Shown here: positions 18,261 to 28,812 of the stretch, in pieces
How positions within the stretch are numbered: position 1 is the stretch's first letter
Layout of the letters: each line of letters opens with the position of its first letter
Sequence record: NC_041972.1
DNA: 64,000 bases
Direction: 5' to 3' (one strand)
Notes under the pieces: model-generated
Databases searched by the model: none
The model's input: the letters and a program-made list of their open reading frames with translations, nothing else
Told to the model about the DNA's origin: nothing
Made by a program: the position numbers and the translations under genes

Positions 18261-19235
18261 ATGGCTCAGCAGATCAGCGTGAACGACGTAGTTTATCCGT
18301 TCAACCCCCTTAATACCGTGGCCGGTGCCAAAGGCATTGTGGAGTCCCATACACTTACGCCAGCCAACGGTGTGAACTATGTGACTTTCGTTCCACGCGC
18401 AGCCCCTTTCTTTCGCCGCACCTTAGTACTCAAGAACAAAGCCAACAACCAGGTGTTAGTCGAAGGCCAGCATTATACCCTGGCGTATTTCTTTGCCCCA
18501 TTCACCCAGCTGGTCTATAAAGGTGTCTACGGCGGTATTACAGTCAATGAACTGGATGCGCCAATTGAAATCGAAGTGACCTATGATACCATCGGCGGGG
18601 ATTTTGTTCTGGACAGCACTGGTTATGCACAGCTGGCTGCTAACCTGGTAAACAACCCGCGTGAACTGGACTGGACACAGATCGCTGATACCCCAGATAC
18701 GTACCCACCGATCGACCATACCCATCCGGCTGACCAAACCCTAAACTACATGGATTACGTTGAGCAACTGCAGGCCATGCAGGCACTGGTCGCCAGCGCC
18801 ATCGGCGGGTATGTGGCCTCCCTCAACACCCACATCGACACCCAAGGTAATGCCCATGGCATGAAGCCGATCGATATCGGACTGGGTAATGTGATGAACT
18901 GGGCACCGGCTACGACCGAAGATATCCCAGGGGGCGGGACAACGCTGTATACTTCACTGGCGATTGTGAAACAAGCCTTCCAGTACATGTACGGCGGCTT
19001 AACCACCCCGGCATTGAAGAGTGCGATTCTCAATGACTACCTGTCAGCAGAATCCGTGGTCCGTACCTTAACGGTGCTGAATGAAGGCGCGTTACTGAAC
19101 ACCGATGAAGTGGCGAACTTTGGTTTGTGGAAAACCTATCGGGCACAGATGTTGATCAAAGCGTCAACCGGCAATACTACCGTGCTCACTCCGCCAGCGG
19201 TAAATGGAGCGTTCTCACGACTGTTAGGAGTCTAA
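18261..19235 (+). CDS. Tail fibre/baseplate-associated family protein (N-module only)
   Basis: GGAG RBS; RAAPFF, Y...GGDF, DWTQIADTPDTYPPIDHTHP, HIDTQGNAHGM..DIGLGNVMN motifs shared with the next three genes. Confidence 0.65.
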   Translation: MAQQISVNDVVYPFNPLNTVAGAKGIVESHTLTPANGVNYVTFVPRAAPFFRRTLVLKNKANNQVLVEGQHYTLAYFFAPFTQLVYKGVYGGITVNELDAPIEIEVTYDTIGGDFVLDSTGYAQLAANLVNNPRELDWTQIADTPDTYPPIDHTHPADQTLNYMDYVEQLQAMQALVASAIGGYVASLNTHIDTQGNAHGMKPIDIGLGNVMNWAPATTEDIPGGGTTLYTSLAIVKQAFQYMYGGLTTPALKSAILNDYLSAESVVRTLTVLNEGALLNTDEVANFGLWKTYRAQMLIKASTGNTTVLTPPAVNGAFSRLLGV

Positions 19236-19236
19236 C

Positions 19237-20499
19237 ATGAGCAGTACTTTATTTCCTGATGTACGTCGGTTGGAGTTTGACCGCTCAGGCGTTAGCGCTG
19301 ACAATCACATCACGGACGATTACATTGATCTGCCTGTGGCGGGATCAAACCGGGCGATCGTGTTAAAGCATGGGGCGTTCTATACCGACTCATTGATATT
19401 GAAAGATGATAGCGGTAATATCCTGGAGAAATGGGTGGATTACCAACCTGTCTATCCTTATAACCGCCCTGAGCTCAATATCACTGAGATGACCGGCAAG
19501 GACAACGCGGCGTTTATCATGATCCTCAATGCCAGTCTGACTGGACGGGTGATCGCTGATTATCAGGCAGTGGGAATTCCAAGCGGGATCGCTAACCGGG
19601 ACTTGATCGATATCCTGGACGCTATTGCCAAAGATGCCCGTAAGTATTACTGGGATGATATCTTTGATAAGCCCGATAAGTTCCCACCGTCACCGCACCC
19701 ATTGGATATCAAAGACACCTACAACTGGGCGCCGATGACAGAAGCCATGGCACGGTTCGTGGATTGTTTGAAACACCTTGATCGTCTGCCAACCATTCAG
19801 GATTACATCGATCAGATCGACACGGTGTATAAGGACACGTTACCAAAACTCAATGCAGTTTATAGCGCGTTCCTAGCCCACCGACGTAACTACAGTAACC
19901 CGCATCTTGATGTGAAGACCACAGTAGTTAATCTGAACAATGTGGATGATTTTGATATGGCGACCTTGGCAGAGGTCATTGCCGGCACCTCCAGTGTTAA
20001 GTTCATGTCACCGTACACCGGCTCGCAAGCGGCTTACAATACCCTGCTGAAGAATGACACCTCGTTAGTGCACGTTAACCGTGTGCCGATGGTGCAGTTC
20101 GGGGATCTGAGTACCACCGCGATTCCGTATACGATCGCAGGCTTCGTACTGACCATCACCGCTGACGTGCCGGCGATGTTGGCATCACGGGAGTTCACCC
20201 TGAAGAAAGGGGCGATCGACCTGACCAAGTTTGTTAGTGCCCCGGCGAACAAGACCCTCTTCCTCTATGTGCGTATCCGTAATGGACAAGCAAGCTATGA
20301 GGTCGCGAGTGCAGCATCACCTGAGACCACCACGTATATCAACGTAGGACGCATTGTAACCGGTGCATCTGCTATCACGTCTGTTACGATCAATAAGATC
20401 TCCGGACTCGGTACCGTGCGTGTCAGTGAGGCTCAGATTGGTTCTGCGATTGCAGTGACATCTGGTCTGCCATCCCAATCGGCGAATTTGAACTGGTAA
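19237..20499 (+). CDS. Tail fibre/baseplate-associated family protein (N- and C-modules, no central insert)
   Basis: HGAFY, WDDIFDKPDKFPPSPHP, NPH motif, C-terminal IAVTSGLP...LNW. Confidence 0.65.
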   Translation: MSSTLFPDVRRLEFDRSGVSADNHITDDYIDLPVAGSNRAIVLKHGAFYTDSLILKDDSGNILEKWVDYQPVYPYNRPELNITEMTGKDNAAFIMILNASLTGRVIADYQAVGIPSGIANRDLIDILDAIAKDARKYYWDDIFDKPDKFPPSPHPLDIKDTYNWAPMTEAMARFVDCLKHLDRLPTIQDYIDQIDTVYKDTLPKLNAVYSAFLAHRRNYSNPHLDVKTTVVNLNNVDDFDMATLAEVIAGTSSVKFMSPYTGSQAAYNTLLKNDTSLVHVNRVPMVQFGDLSTTAIPYTIAGFVLTITADVPAMLASREFTLKKGAIDLTKFVSAPANKTLFLYVRIRNGQASYEVASAASPETTTYINVGRIVTGASAITSVTINKISGLGTVRVSEAQIGSAIAVTSGLPSQSANLNW

Positions 20500-20524
20500 G
20501 GGTGAGTGGGTGATCCCCTCACCC
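20500..20524 (+). terminator. Intergenic hairpin
   Basis: GGGTGAG-T-GGG-TGAT-CCC-CTCACCC immediately after a stop codon; no U-tract. Confidence 0.45.
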
Positions 20525-20552
20525 ACTTCCCTATGACCCAGGAGAGGTTTCG

Positions 20553-23500
20553 ATGAACACCCCGATTTTAACGAAGTATAAATTTGACCCCACGGGGAAA
20601 GATCCCGAGAACCTGATTGGTGGCGAACGCCACACTGTTGCGGCGGGCCCAAAGAACAAAATCATCGCCGTGTTTGAAGGTCCCTTTTTCTCAGCCAGTG
20701 CCAAAGTGCGCTTGCTTGACGGCAGCTACCTGGAACCCTGGGTAGACTTCCAACCCGTGCACCATTTCCCTGAAGCCTCCAAACGCACCGGGAAGTCCTG
20801 TACGTGCTTTATCAAGATCCTCAATGAATCGGTCAATGGGGATGTCTTTATTGAGTACCAGGTGGTGGGGGGTGAGTTCACCTTCAACAGTATCACGCTT
20901 GAGAACCTGTTGTGGGCGATCATTAATGATGAGCGTTCGGTCCTGTGGGATAACGTCAACAACCGTCCCGCTACTTACCCGCCGTCGTATCATACCCATG
21001 ACATCTTCAATGACACGTATGGTTGGGATGATCGCATCGCTTTTAGTAACTGGATCTCGGATTACCTGATCCTTGGTGGCGAGCGCTTGAACTACGAAGG
21101 CTTTACTAACAAGGTCAATGTGGTACTGGATGAGATCACCACCATTCAGGCGAACATCTTAGCCCAAGTTGCTGAGCACGAAGCCGATCACACCAATCCG
21201 CATGCCGATACGGCAAAAGCCTTGGGTTACAACAAACTGCAGAACCTGGCCACTGCGAACGAAGTGCAGGCACTGGAAGGTCAGCGTACCGATCTGCGTC
21301 TTACCGTGAAGACGGCTGAGAGCATTCTGGCGGATGCAGTAAAAGGCTATTCGGTCAACCTGATTCATCAGGGGATTATTCCGGTCAGTCGCTTTGGTAA
21401 CCTGAACTTCTTACAGCCAGGGATCATCGGGTCGTTTGAAGGGGCGTCAATGGTTGATGCGCATGACCATTATGCCCAGGTGGTTGAGAATGACGGCACC
21501 TATATCCGTCTTCGTCCCGGGACCAACGGCGAATCCATTGCGCTGTATTACGACTACGCTACCAACATCCACCGTAATATCAACACCTTTACGATCACCA
21601 ACACCAACAACAAATATGCACCCGCCGGGTTAGACCAAGCATATATTCCGGCCCGTCTGTTTGATTGCCAAGGTGATGTGATTGCAGGGATCATGTACAA
21701 CAAGGCAGCGTTACCGGCAACCAGTGATTACAAATATTGGATTGCCTTGACGAACGGTACACTGGACAGCACCAAACATAACTGTGCGCAGATTGGTAAT
21801 GCCTTCTTCACCATGGATGACGGCTCAACCCAAGGGTTCAGTCCATCATGGACCCAGTTGTGTATGGTAGGTTCGCGGATCTACGTGATTCATCAGAACC
21901 CTAACGTGGCCACTACCATGGAAGTCGGCGGCGCAATCAGTGGTAACGCCATCCCGCAGATCTATCTCGGGTACATCAACGTTGCGGATATTGTCGCCGG
22001 TGGATCAGTCACGTTTACGCAGATCACAGGCTGGACTACCACGTTCCTCGGTCAAGCCCGTGCTGCTGCCCGCAGCATGCAGATCTGTGATCAGGTAATT
22101 GGTCGCTCTAACCAACATGTACTGGTGCGCTATGACGGGAATCAATACGTCAGAGCTCAGTATCGCTCATGGCCAGGTGGCTATGGTAAGATGGTGGCGA
22201 ATAGCGATGGTACGTTAACGATGTTAGTGGACTTCACCATTAACGTTGATGGTCGTAACAACTCCAATATTTCAGTGTACCCCATCCGCTTTATTATTGA
22301 TGTTAATGCCAAGACTGCCAGACCCGCCGATAACATGAACCCGTTTACCGTGGTTGATGACACCGCCAGTACATTGAAGATGACGGTAGTGACCAATGGT
22401 TCTAACCTCAACTACTTTAAACTGCGCGGCGTCAACGATGGTACTGCGGCACTGAGTGGCGATTACCATGGCAGTCGGTTGATCACCAAGAAAGGGTTCT
22501 CAATCTGCACCAGTCGGCAACAGGCATCTAACGTGGGTATGCGCATTGATATCCAACAGATCCCGAACTTTGTTGATATCGATACATATTGGCGGAATCC
22601 CGCCGCCTACACCAATCTCCTGTTTCGGACCATTGGTGATGGTACGTCCTACGGGTCAGAAGCGAAAGGTAACTTGCGTTGCCCGATCCTCTTCCCGAAT
22701 AACCGTCTGGGTTTCTGGGCGTTTGATGGCACGAACACCTTCTTTGCTTCACAGCCGTTAGTGGGTAATGGTGATTTCGTTTATAAGCTGATTGGGCTTG
22801 GTACAGTTCCGGGTTTCCAGCCTTCGAATGATCGCGTTAGAGCGACCGTTGCTCGTCCTGAGCGAGAGATCATCACGGAGATCAATGGCAACTCGGTGGT
22901 GACACACTGTCGTGCAATCTCTGATGATGCACCGACCGGTGCGGCAAATATCGATTCATCCCTGAACACCTCGGGATCCATCAGCACCGACGTGAACTAC
23001 CTGCGTGCCCAGGGTCAGCGCGTACTCAATCAACTGGGTATCACGGCAACTAAGTTTCGTTGTATTCTGTTCGTCCCAACGGATGGCGGAATGTCATTGA
23101 TGCTTAAGATCGTGGGCTTCACTCCGGCACAGGCTAATGGTATCACTGACATGATCACGGTGATCGCTACCGTGACCTACAATGGTGCACGTGACGGTGT
23201 ACTGGCTGGCTGGACCGCTAACCTCGATGACATCGTCAGTAAACCACAATCAGTTGGTACCACTGATATCTCCCGTATCCTAACCACCTTCGGGCTGCTG
23301 ACATATAAGGTGGGTGGCGAATACATCATTGCGATGGGTGGGTTCTATTGTCCGTACACTGTTGGGCCAGCGAACAACCTGCCGTTGGTGTACATGAAAA
23401 TGACCAATGGTCGTCTTTCAGGCAACCCGTCGAATATGTACCTTGTCTCACCGTATGTTGACTTGTTATCAAACACACCGTTTGCCCTTCCAGGTAAGGG

Positions 23501-24044
23501 GTTGTTTGTTACATATTCAGATAACAACTATACCGTACCGGTGACCCCGAGTGCACAGTCAGCGGTAGGGCCGTGTGCGATCGTGTTAGCGGCGCAGGGT
23601 GAGAACTTTGATACGATTCGTCAGTGGACTATTCCGGGTAACGGCACTTCGGTACTGATCTCACAAACGGTAGAACAAGGCTGGATCTTGTACTTTGCTG
23701 AAGAGATCCCGGTGATTCTGAATGGGCGGGAATACACCTTACCGATCACCAGTATCGATCTGCGTAATGTGAAAGCTAACCCGGCTAGCACCACCTTCTT
23801 TGTCTACATTGAAGCTGTGGATGCAACCACCGCGAAGTACACCATCTCGGCCACGGAGTTGGCGGCAGCGACCACACGGATGTTTATTGGCACGGTAGCA
23901 ACCAATACGTCACAGATCAACACGATCAACGTGACCAAGCGATCGGGTCTGAATAAGTACCAGATCTCTGCGGTGAAAGCCGGATCGTCTATTCCGGTGT
24001 CAACCGGGTTGCCGTTCCAACGCGGTAACTGGAGTCAGGAATAA
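20553..24044 (+). CDS. Large putative tail fibre protein
   Basis: 1163 aa; family N-module, NPH repeat, ~740-aa G/T/N-rich beta-type central region, C-terminal IPVSTGLP...GNW. Confidence 0.65.
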   Translation: MNTPILTKYKFDPTGKDPENLIGGERHTVAAGPKNKIIAVFEGPFFSASAKVRLLDGSYLEPWVDFQPVHHFPEASKRTGKSCTCFIKILNESVNGDVFIEYQVVGGEFTFNSITLENLLWAIINDERSVLWDNVNNRPATYPPSYHTHDIFNDTYGWDDRIAFSNWISDYLILGGERLNYEGFTNKVNVVLDEITTIQANILAQVAEHEADHTNPHADTAKALGYNKLQNLATANEVQALEGQRTDLRLTVKTAESILADAVKGYSVNLIHQGIIPVSRFGNLNFLQPGIIGSFEGASMVDAHDHYAQVVENDGTYIRLRPGTNGESIALYYDYATNIHRNINTFTITNTNNKYAPAGLDQAYIPARLFDCQGDVIAGIMYNKAALPATSDYKYWIALTNGTLDSTKHNCAQIGNAFFTMDDGSTQGFSPSWTQLCMVGSRIYVIHQNPNVATTMEVGGAISGNAIPQIYLGYINVADIVAGGSVTFTQITGWTTTFLGQARAAARSMQICDQVIGRSNQHVLVRYDGNQYVRAQYRSWPGGYGKMVANSDGTLTMLVDFTINVDGRNNSNISVYPIRFIIDVNAKTARPADNMNPFTVVDDTASTLKMTVVTNGSNLNYFKLRGVNDGTAALSGDYHGSRLITKKGFSICTSRQQASNVGMRIDIQQIPNFVDIDTYWRNPAAYTNLLFRTIGDGTSYGSEAKGNLRCPILFPNNRLGFWAFDGTNTFFASQPLVGNGDFVYKLIGLGTVPGFQPSNDRVRATVARPEREIITEINGNSVVTHCRAISDDAPTGAANIDSSLNTSGSISTDVNYLRAQGQRVLNQLGITATKFRCILFVPTDGGMSLMLKIVGFTPAQANGITDMITVIATVTYNGARDGVLAGWTANLDDIVSKPQSVGTTDISRILTTFGLLTYKVGGEYIIAMGGFYCPYTVGPANNLPLVYMKMTNGRLSGNPSNMYLVSPYVDLLSNTPFALPGKGLFVTYSDNNYTVPVTPSAQSAVGPCAIVLAAQGENFDTIRQWTIPGNGTSVLISQTVEQGWILYFAEEIPVILNGREYTLPITSIDLRNVKANPASTTFFVYIEAVDATTAKYTISATELAAATTRMFIGTVATNTSQINTINVTKRSGLNKYQISAVKAGSSIPVSTGLPFQRGNWSQE

Positions 24045-24051
24045 CCAGCAC

Positions 24052-24077
24052 GGGGGAGGCGACTCCCCCTTTCTTTA
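24052..24077 (+). terminator. Rho-independent-type terminator
   Basis: GGGGGAG-GCGA-CTCCCCC followed by TTTCTTT. Confidence 0.7.
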
Positions 24078-24092
24078 TTGAAAGGAGTTGCC

Positions 24093-27000
24093 ATGAGCAG
24101 CAACCTTGTGGTCGAGCCAGGTAGTTGGGGCGAGTTCTATGCCTCGATTGAAGCTTTGACCTGGAAGTTACAAAACTCACGTTATTCTCAGTATGATCTG
24201 GCTTCCACGGTGATGGTCAACTTTGAAAACGATGTTGATGATCTGGTAACCAGTGCACAGACCCTTTTGGCCAGCCACCAGGCACGTCGGGATAATGTCC
24301 ATCAGGTGAACGCCGAACAGTTAGGGTTTGGGTTAGTCGATAACTTTAAAACCGCAACCGTGGCACAGGCCGGTGAAGGCGGACATCCCGAGCTCTTTGT
24401 TACCCCACAGGGTTTTAATGCCCTGGCGAGTAAAGTGTTTGCAGATTTCGGTTCATCACTTCATCATCAAGGGATCAACCCAATCTCGTCGTTCGGTTCG
24501 CTGTCTTTCCTCCCCCCTGACGTCTCCGGTTCTTTTGAAGGTTCAGGTCAGGTATCGGGAAACTCAGCCAGTCCAATGATTATTGAAGACGATGGAACGT
24601 TAGTGGGGTTGCGCTACGGCACAACCGGCACCACCGAAGGACTGTACTACTTCTACTTACCGACCGCTGAAGACCGTATTGATAACGCGTCTGTTATTCG
24701 CACCAACTTTAAGTATGCACCTGCAAACTTACCGGCCGGGGCCTATTGCACCGATGTTTACAATACCGAGTCGGATGTGCTACTGGGGAATATCAAAGGG
24801 TCATCAAGCTACAATTGGTTTATCTCCATTACCAACGGAACGTTTGACGCCACCAAACACAACACCGCTTACTTCACCATCAACGGTGACCCGGACCTTG
24901 CTTACCTGGGCAAGTATTCCACGGCGCTGGTTGTCAATGGCTATGTTTATATTTTCGGCATGTTGGATGACGGCTTTACCACCAACCGACCTATTGGTGG
25001 TGAGTTGAAAAACACCAACCCCATTGACATGGTGGTGTGGCGGGTAGCAGTGAGCAGCATCATTAATAACAATGCGGTGACCCTTGAAAAGATCAGTACC
25101 TGGTCTACCAAAGATATCTGGGGTGATACAACCAGCAATCCCCGTATTCAGCTCAGTAAAATGGCGATCAGTGAGAATGCAGCTGACAAACCGTATGTAC
25201 AGGTGAATGGCGCACTGGTACGATCGGTGATTGTTCGCAATGCCCAGCGTCGTCTGTTTGCCGTGGTTGACCCAAGCAACCCCAACCGTATTCGGTTGGC
25301 GGTTAACCACACCTTTTATGCGCAGCTCTCAACCGGCAGCAGTTATAACGGCAGTTGTGCGTTGAGCCTGTTGCTGGATCTGACTGCAAAGACCGCAGTG
25401 GTGGAAGATAACGCCAACCGTATCCTGGTCGGTGTAAGTGGCCAGACGGTTACTGTGACCGGCAATACCGTACTGACTGATAATCTGTTAACAGGCTCGG
25501 CACTAGGGGGTAACTGGCATCCGAACGTCATGTTGACCTCACGCGGGTATTTGTTCTGTCGCACCTCGGGTAACCAACCTGATGAGAACCCACGGTTCAG
25601 TAAAGGACTGATCACCAACTTTACTACCCGGTTTGAAGCGATGCGGATTCGGTCACGTCAAGTGCGTCAGATAACCCTGGTTACCGACCCACTGGTTACC
25701 GGTACGGCACTGACCAACAACTTCATGAAGCCACAGTACCTGGCCGGTAATGCGCTGTTGCTCACCAGTAACCCGTACAAGACGCCCGGGTATTACGCTT
25801 ACGGCACAACTAAACGGGTATTGCTTACCGGATCACCTACCTTTAACTACACGCTGAACTCTGGTGTGACGTTACAGGGCTGGGCGCCTAACAGCAACCG
25901 TTATGAAATCACCGATGCCAACAACCCACCCCGCAATCGCTTTTACCACATCATCACCCAGGTTGACAGTGCCGGTAATGTGACCTCCAGTCCGTCAGTG
26001 TTGTCAGATGGTAGTTCTGCACAAGTGGGCACTTCCATTGACGCTAACCTGAACATCACCGGCTCGATCACTTTTAACCAGGCTGAACTGAACACCGTGG
26101 CGAAAGCGGCGTGTCAGACTGCCTTGGGGGCTGCGCCGTCGTTGTGGCGTGGTTTGATCTATGTCCCGCAGGATACCGCGGTGCCGTTGATCATGGTGTG
26201 TACCGGTGAAGTACTGCGCAGTGACGGTAACGGTTATCGGGTGAATCACTCGTTGGTTGAGTTAACGTACACCGGTGCGCGTTCAGGGAACATTACTGGC
26301 TATACCGTGAAGCGGGTACTCGACTCACAGCTCAATGACCAGCAGCCAACCGGCGTGCCGTTAGAGCTGGCGTGTAACGGTGGGTTGAACATCTACAAAA
26401 CAGCGGCCGGTGATTATCTGCTGGGGATTGGTGAACCTACCTTCCATCAGACCTACGGTGGGATCTACGGTTATGTCTGGTATGCGGCGATCAAAGCAGG
26501 CACAGGCACCATTGAAGACAGTTCGTTAAAAACCTTTAACCATGGCTATTATCCGACGTCCGTTAACCCAACCCCGGTTGTGGTGCCGGGTTATGGTTTG
26601 TGTGTAATGGATTATCAGACGCAGCAGGCTAACGCCAACGCCTTGATGATCGTGGATGTGATGGCGGCAACCTACGCCGAGTTTGTTGCCTGGACGTCCA
26701 AGCGTAAGCTGGTCTTAACCGCACAGCAGGTAGAGCAAGGGTATCTTGTTTACTTCACGGCACCCACTCAGGTGTTCATGGCTGGTAACGAATACACCCT
26801 GCCTGCGGGTAACATTGACCTGCGTACCATCACTGCCAATCCTGCCAGTAAGACGTTCTATGTTTACGTGCAGTTAGTCGACGAGCAGGTACAATACCTG
26901 ATCACCCTCGATCAACTCGCCCCAACCATAACGTTGATGTACATTGGCAAGATTACCACCAACACCACGCAAATCAGTAGCATTGCTGTTGATAAACGTA

Positions 27001-27548
27001 TCCGCATCGAAACCTTCGAATTGTCAGCTACCCACATCGGGTCGGGTATTCCGATCACGACAGGCGTGCCGTCAACCGCGGGTAACTTTGCATGGCGTAA
27101 TGGTTACTTGAAACTGATGAGCTTTGCAATGCAGCTGGACTATAATGGTATTGTGACAGTGAATCTGAGAACGGGTGCGGTAACCATTGAAATGAGTGTC
27201 TCTGGTACACCACCAGATTCTGTGAGCAGAACAAGAACACAGACTGTCTGGTCTACTGGTGAGACCTGGGTGCCTGGTCTGGTGACGGTGGGGACCGAAG
27301 CATCAGGGGCAAGCGATGCATTCAATACGTACGCGAGTACATCGAAAACCTTCCCAGCTCTGGCGAGGTCAGATATCGCAAACAGTACTGGGCTTGCAGT
27401 TATGATGGGTAACGAAAGTAACCCAACTAACAAAGGCGTCTTTACTCAGCAGCCAAGTGCAGCCAATGACTATACCCTTAAGTGGAAAGTCACTGATACA
27501 CCGGGTGGCGCTGGCGAATACACCTTTGATCTGTATGTGAAATACTAA
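24093..27548 (+). CDS. Large putative tail fibre protein with extra C-terminal domain
   Basis: AAAGGAG RBS; paralog of 20553 (FGSLSFLPP vs FGNLNFLQP; TNGTFDATKHN vs TNGTLDSTKHN); continues ~150 aa past the family terminal Trp. Confidence 0.65.
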   Translation: MSSNLVVEPGSWGEFYASIEALTWKLQNSRYSQYDLASTVMVNFENDVDDLVTSAQTLLASHQARRDNVHQVNAEQLGFGLVDNFKTATVAQAGEGGHPELFVTPQGFNALASKVFADFGSSLHHQGINPISSFGSLSFLPPDVSGSFEGSGQVSGNSASPMIIEDDGTLVGLRYGTTGTTEGLYYFYLPTAEDRIDNASVIRTNFKYAPANLPAGAYCTDVYNTESDVLLGNIKGSSSYNWFISITNGTFDATKHNTAYFTINGDPDLAYLGKYSTALVVNGYVYIFGMLDDGFTTNRPIGGELKNTNPIDMVVWRVAVSSIINNNAVTLEKISTWSTKDIWGDTTSNPRIQLSKMAISENAADKPYVQVNGALVRSVIVRNAQRRLFAVVDPSNPNRIRLAVNHTFYAQLSTGSSYNGSCALSLLLDLTAKTAVVEDNANRILVGVSGQTVTVTGNTVLTDNLLTGSALGGNWHPNVMLTSRGYLFCRTSGNQPDENPRFSKGLITNFTTRFEAMRIRSRQVRQITLVTDPLVTGTALTNNFMKPQYLAGNALLLTSNPYKTPGYYAYGTTKRVLLTGSPTFNYTLNSGVTLQGWAPNSNRYEITDANNPPRNRFYHIITQVDSAGNVTSSPSVLSDGSSAQVGTSIDANLNITGSITFNQAELNTVAKAACQTALGAAPSLWRGLIYVPQDTAVPLIMVCTGEVLRSDGNGYRVNHSLVELTYTGARSGNITGYTVKRVLDSQLNDQQPTGVPLELACNGGLNIYKTAAGDYLLGIGEPTFHQTYGGIYGYVWYAAIKAGTGTIEDSSLKTFNHGYYPTSVNPTPVVVPGYGLCVMDYQTQQANANALMIVDVMAATYAEFVAWTSKRKLVLTAQQVEQGYLVYFTAPTQVFMAGNEYTLPAGNIDLRTITANPASKTFYVYVQLVDEQVQYLITLDQLAPTITLMYIGKITTNTTQISSIAVDKRIRIETFELSATHIGSGIPITTGVPSTAGNFAWRNGYLKLMSFAMQLDYNGIVTVNLRTGAVTIEMSVSGTPPDSVSRTRTQTVWSTGETWVPGLVTVGTEASGASDAFNTYASTSKTFPALARSDIANSTGLAVMMGNESNPTNKGVFTQQPSAANDYTLKWKVTDTPGGAGEYTFDLYVKY

Positions 27549-27598
27549 ATCGGCATAGAGGGAGAGGTGTTAGCCTCTCCCTCGTGCTTTATGCCGAT
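27549..27598. terminator. Bidirectional hairpin element between convergent genes
   Basis: ATCGGCATA ... TATGCCGAT perfect 9-bp inverted repeat flanking AGGGAGAGG-TGTTAG-CCTCTCCCT. Confidence 0.8.
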
Positions 27599-28536
27599 TA
27601 AACAGGACCACCAGTTTCTGAACCGCCTTTCTGTACCCCGCCGTGCAGGTGACCGGTTAGTGAAATCCCGGCTGCGACAACATCCGCTGGGGTGTTTAAA
27701 CCACCAGAGGTCTCAATGTGGCCGGTATGGTCGATATCACCAATCATACTGATCCCGCCTGGGGAGTTAATCGTGGTTTTATTAGTAATAAGCTCGAAGG
27801 ATTCATTAGCCGTGATCTTCATGGTTTTGCACAACATGGAAATCAGTTCTTGGGCTGTGAGATTAAAGTTCTCTTGCGCAATGATTTCAATGTTCTTTTT
27901 GCTCATGGTGATCAGGCACTTGTCGGTATTGGTGATCTGCCATAACGCCTCAAGCGAGTTCAGGACCAGGTTGTTGTCCAGATCATCCGCCAATGAGAAG
28001 ATCGCTTCGCCGTAATCCGCCTTGATGACATACTGGACTTGTTCGCCATTCATCTTCGAGTTGGACATCATGAAGTGTTTTTTATGAGAGGACCATTCAA
28101 TGAAGTACCAGTCCCCTTCACCGATGTTCTTGTCTTCGGTGGTGGCAGGTGACCCACTCAAGGCAATGATGATGGTCTCTAAACGTCGCAGATCATCATC
28201 CAGACCCGTTTCCGTCCAGTAGTACTTGTCCTCGTCACCAATCTGCCAGATCACAACACGTTCACCTTTGACCACATCGGGTGCCGTGACACGGTTAGAA
28301 CGGAACGGGAACCAGATTGCTGCGATAGTGGAGTCCGTTACCACTTTGTCTTGGGTGCTATCACCCGACGAGGTCTTGCCATTATGGGTGATGACCTGTG
28401 GGTTCACTTCAGCTTCACCCGACATCATCGGTGCAGTTTCACGGGGAATAACTTGAATCTCTTTGCTGTTGGTGCTCTTGACTGCAGCCACCACACCCAT
28501 AGAGTAAAATTTAAGAACCGATACGTTACTGGCCAT
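27598..28536 (-). CDS. Baseplate central spike protein (P2 gpV / phiKZ gp164-like)
   Basis: N-terminal OB-like region (TAPDVVKGERVVIWQ), beta-repeat middle, C-terminal GISLTGHLHGGV apex with HxH metal motif. Confidence 0.8.
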   Translation of the reverse strand: MASNVSVLKFYSMGVVAAVKSTNSKEIQVIPRETAPMMSGEAEVNPQVITHNGKTSSGDSTQDKVVTDSTIAAIWFPFRSNRVTAPDVVKGERVVIWQIGDEDKYYWTETGLDDDLRRLETIIIALSGSPATTEDKNIGEGDWYFIEWSSHKKHFMMSNSKMNGEQVQYVIKADYGEAIFSLADDLDNNLVLNSLEALWQITNTDKCLITMSKKNIEIIAQENFNLTAQELISMLCKTMKITANESFELITNKTTINSPGGISMIGDIDHTGHIETSGGLNTPADVVAAGISLTGHLHGGVQKGGSETGGPV

Positions 28537-28609
28537 AGCTAACCCTAATGTTATTTTTTACGTAACCCGACCATTCTATAAACCAGATCGAATTAATAGG
28601 AATCGATAA

Positions 28610-28801
28610 ATGAACCAAGTCTTCTTTATTGAGGCAGCGCCTCAGCGTTTACCGCAGTGGCTCAACCAAGCGATTCTTGACGGCCGTGTTCTTGTGCGCG
28701 GTGACTCCGTAGTAGACTACCCGTTTTACGTGGTCGACGGACAGGTCGCAACAGTCGGCCAGAGCCTGGTCTTTGACGGGCAAACCATCACCATCAACTA
28801 G
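28610..28801 (+). CDS. Small hypothetical protein
   Basis: 63 aa with AGGA RBS, directly upstream of sbcC. Confidence 0.6.
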   Translation: MNQVFFIEAAPQRLPQWLNQAILDGRVLVRGDSVVDYPFYVVDGQVATVGQSLVFDGQTITIN

Positions 28802-28812
28802 CGGCGCACATC

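Noticed and set aside
20553-27548. Diversity-generating retroelement or invertase-driven fibre switching
   Set aside because: No reverse transcriptase, invertase, near-identical template/variable repeat pair or inverted crossover sites found; paralogy is evident only at protein level.
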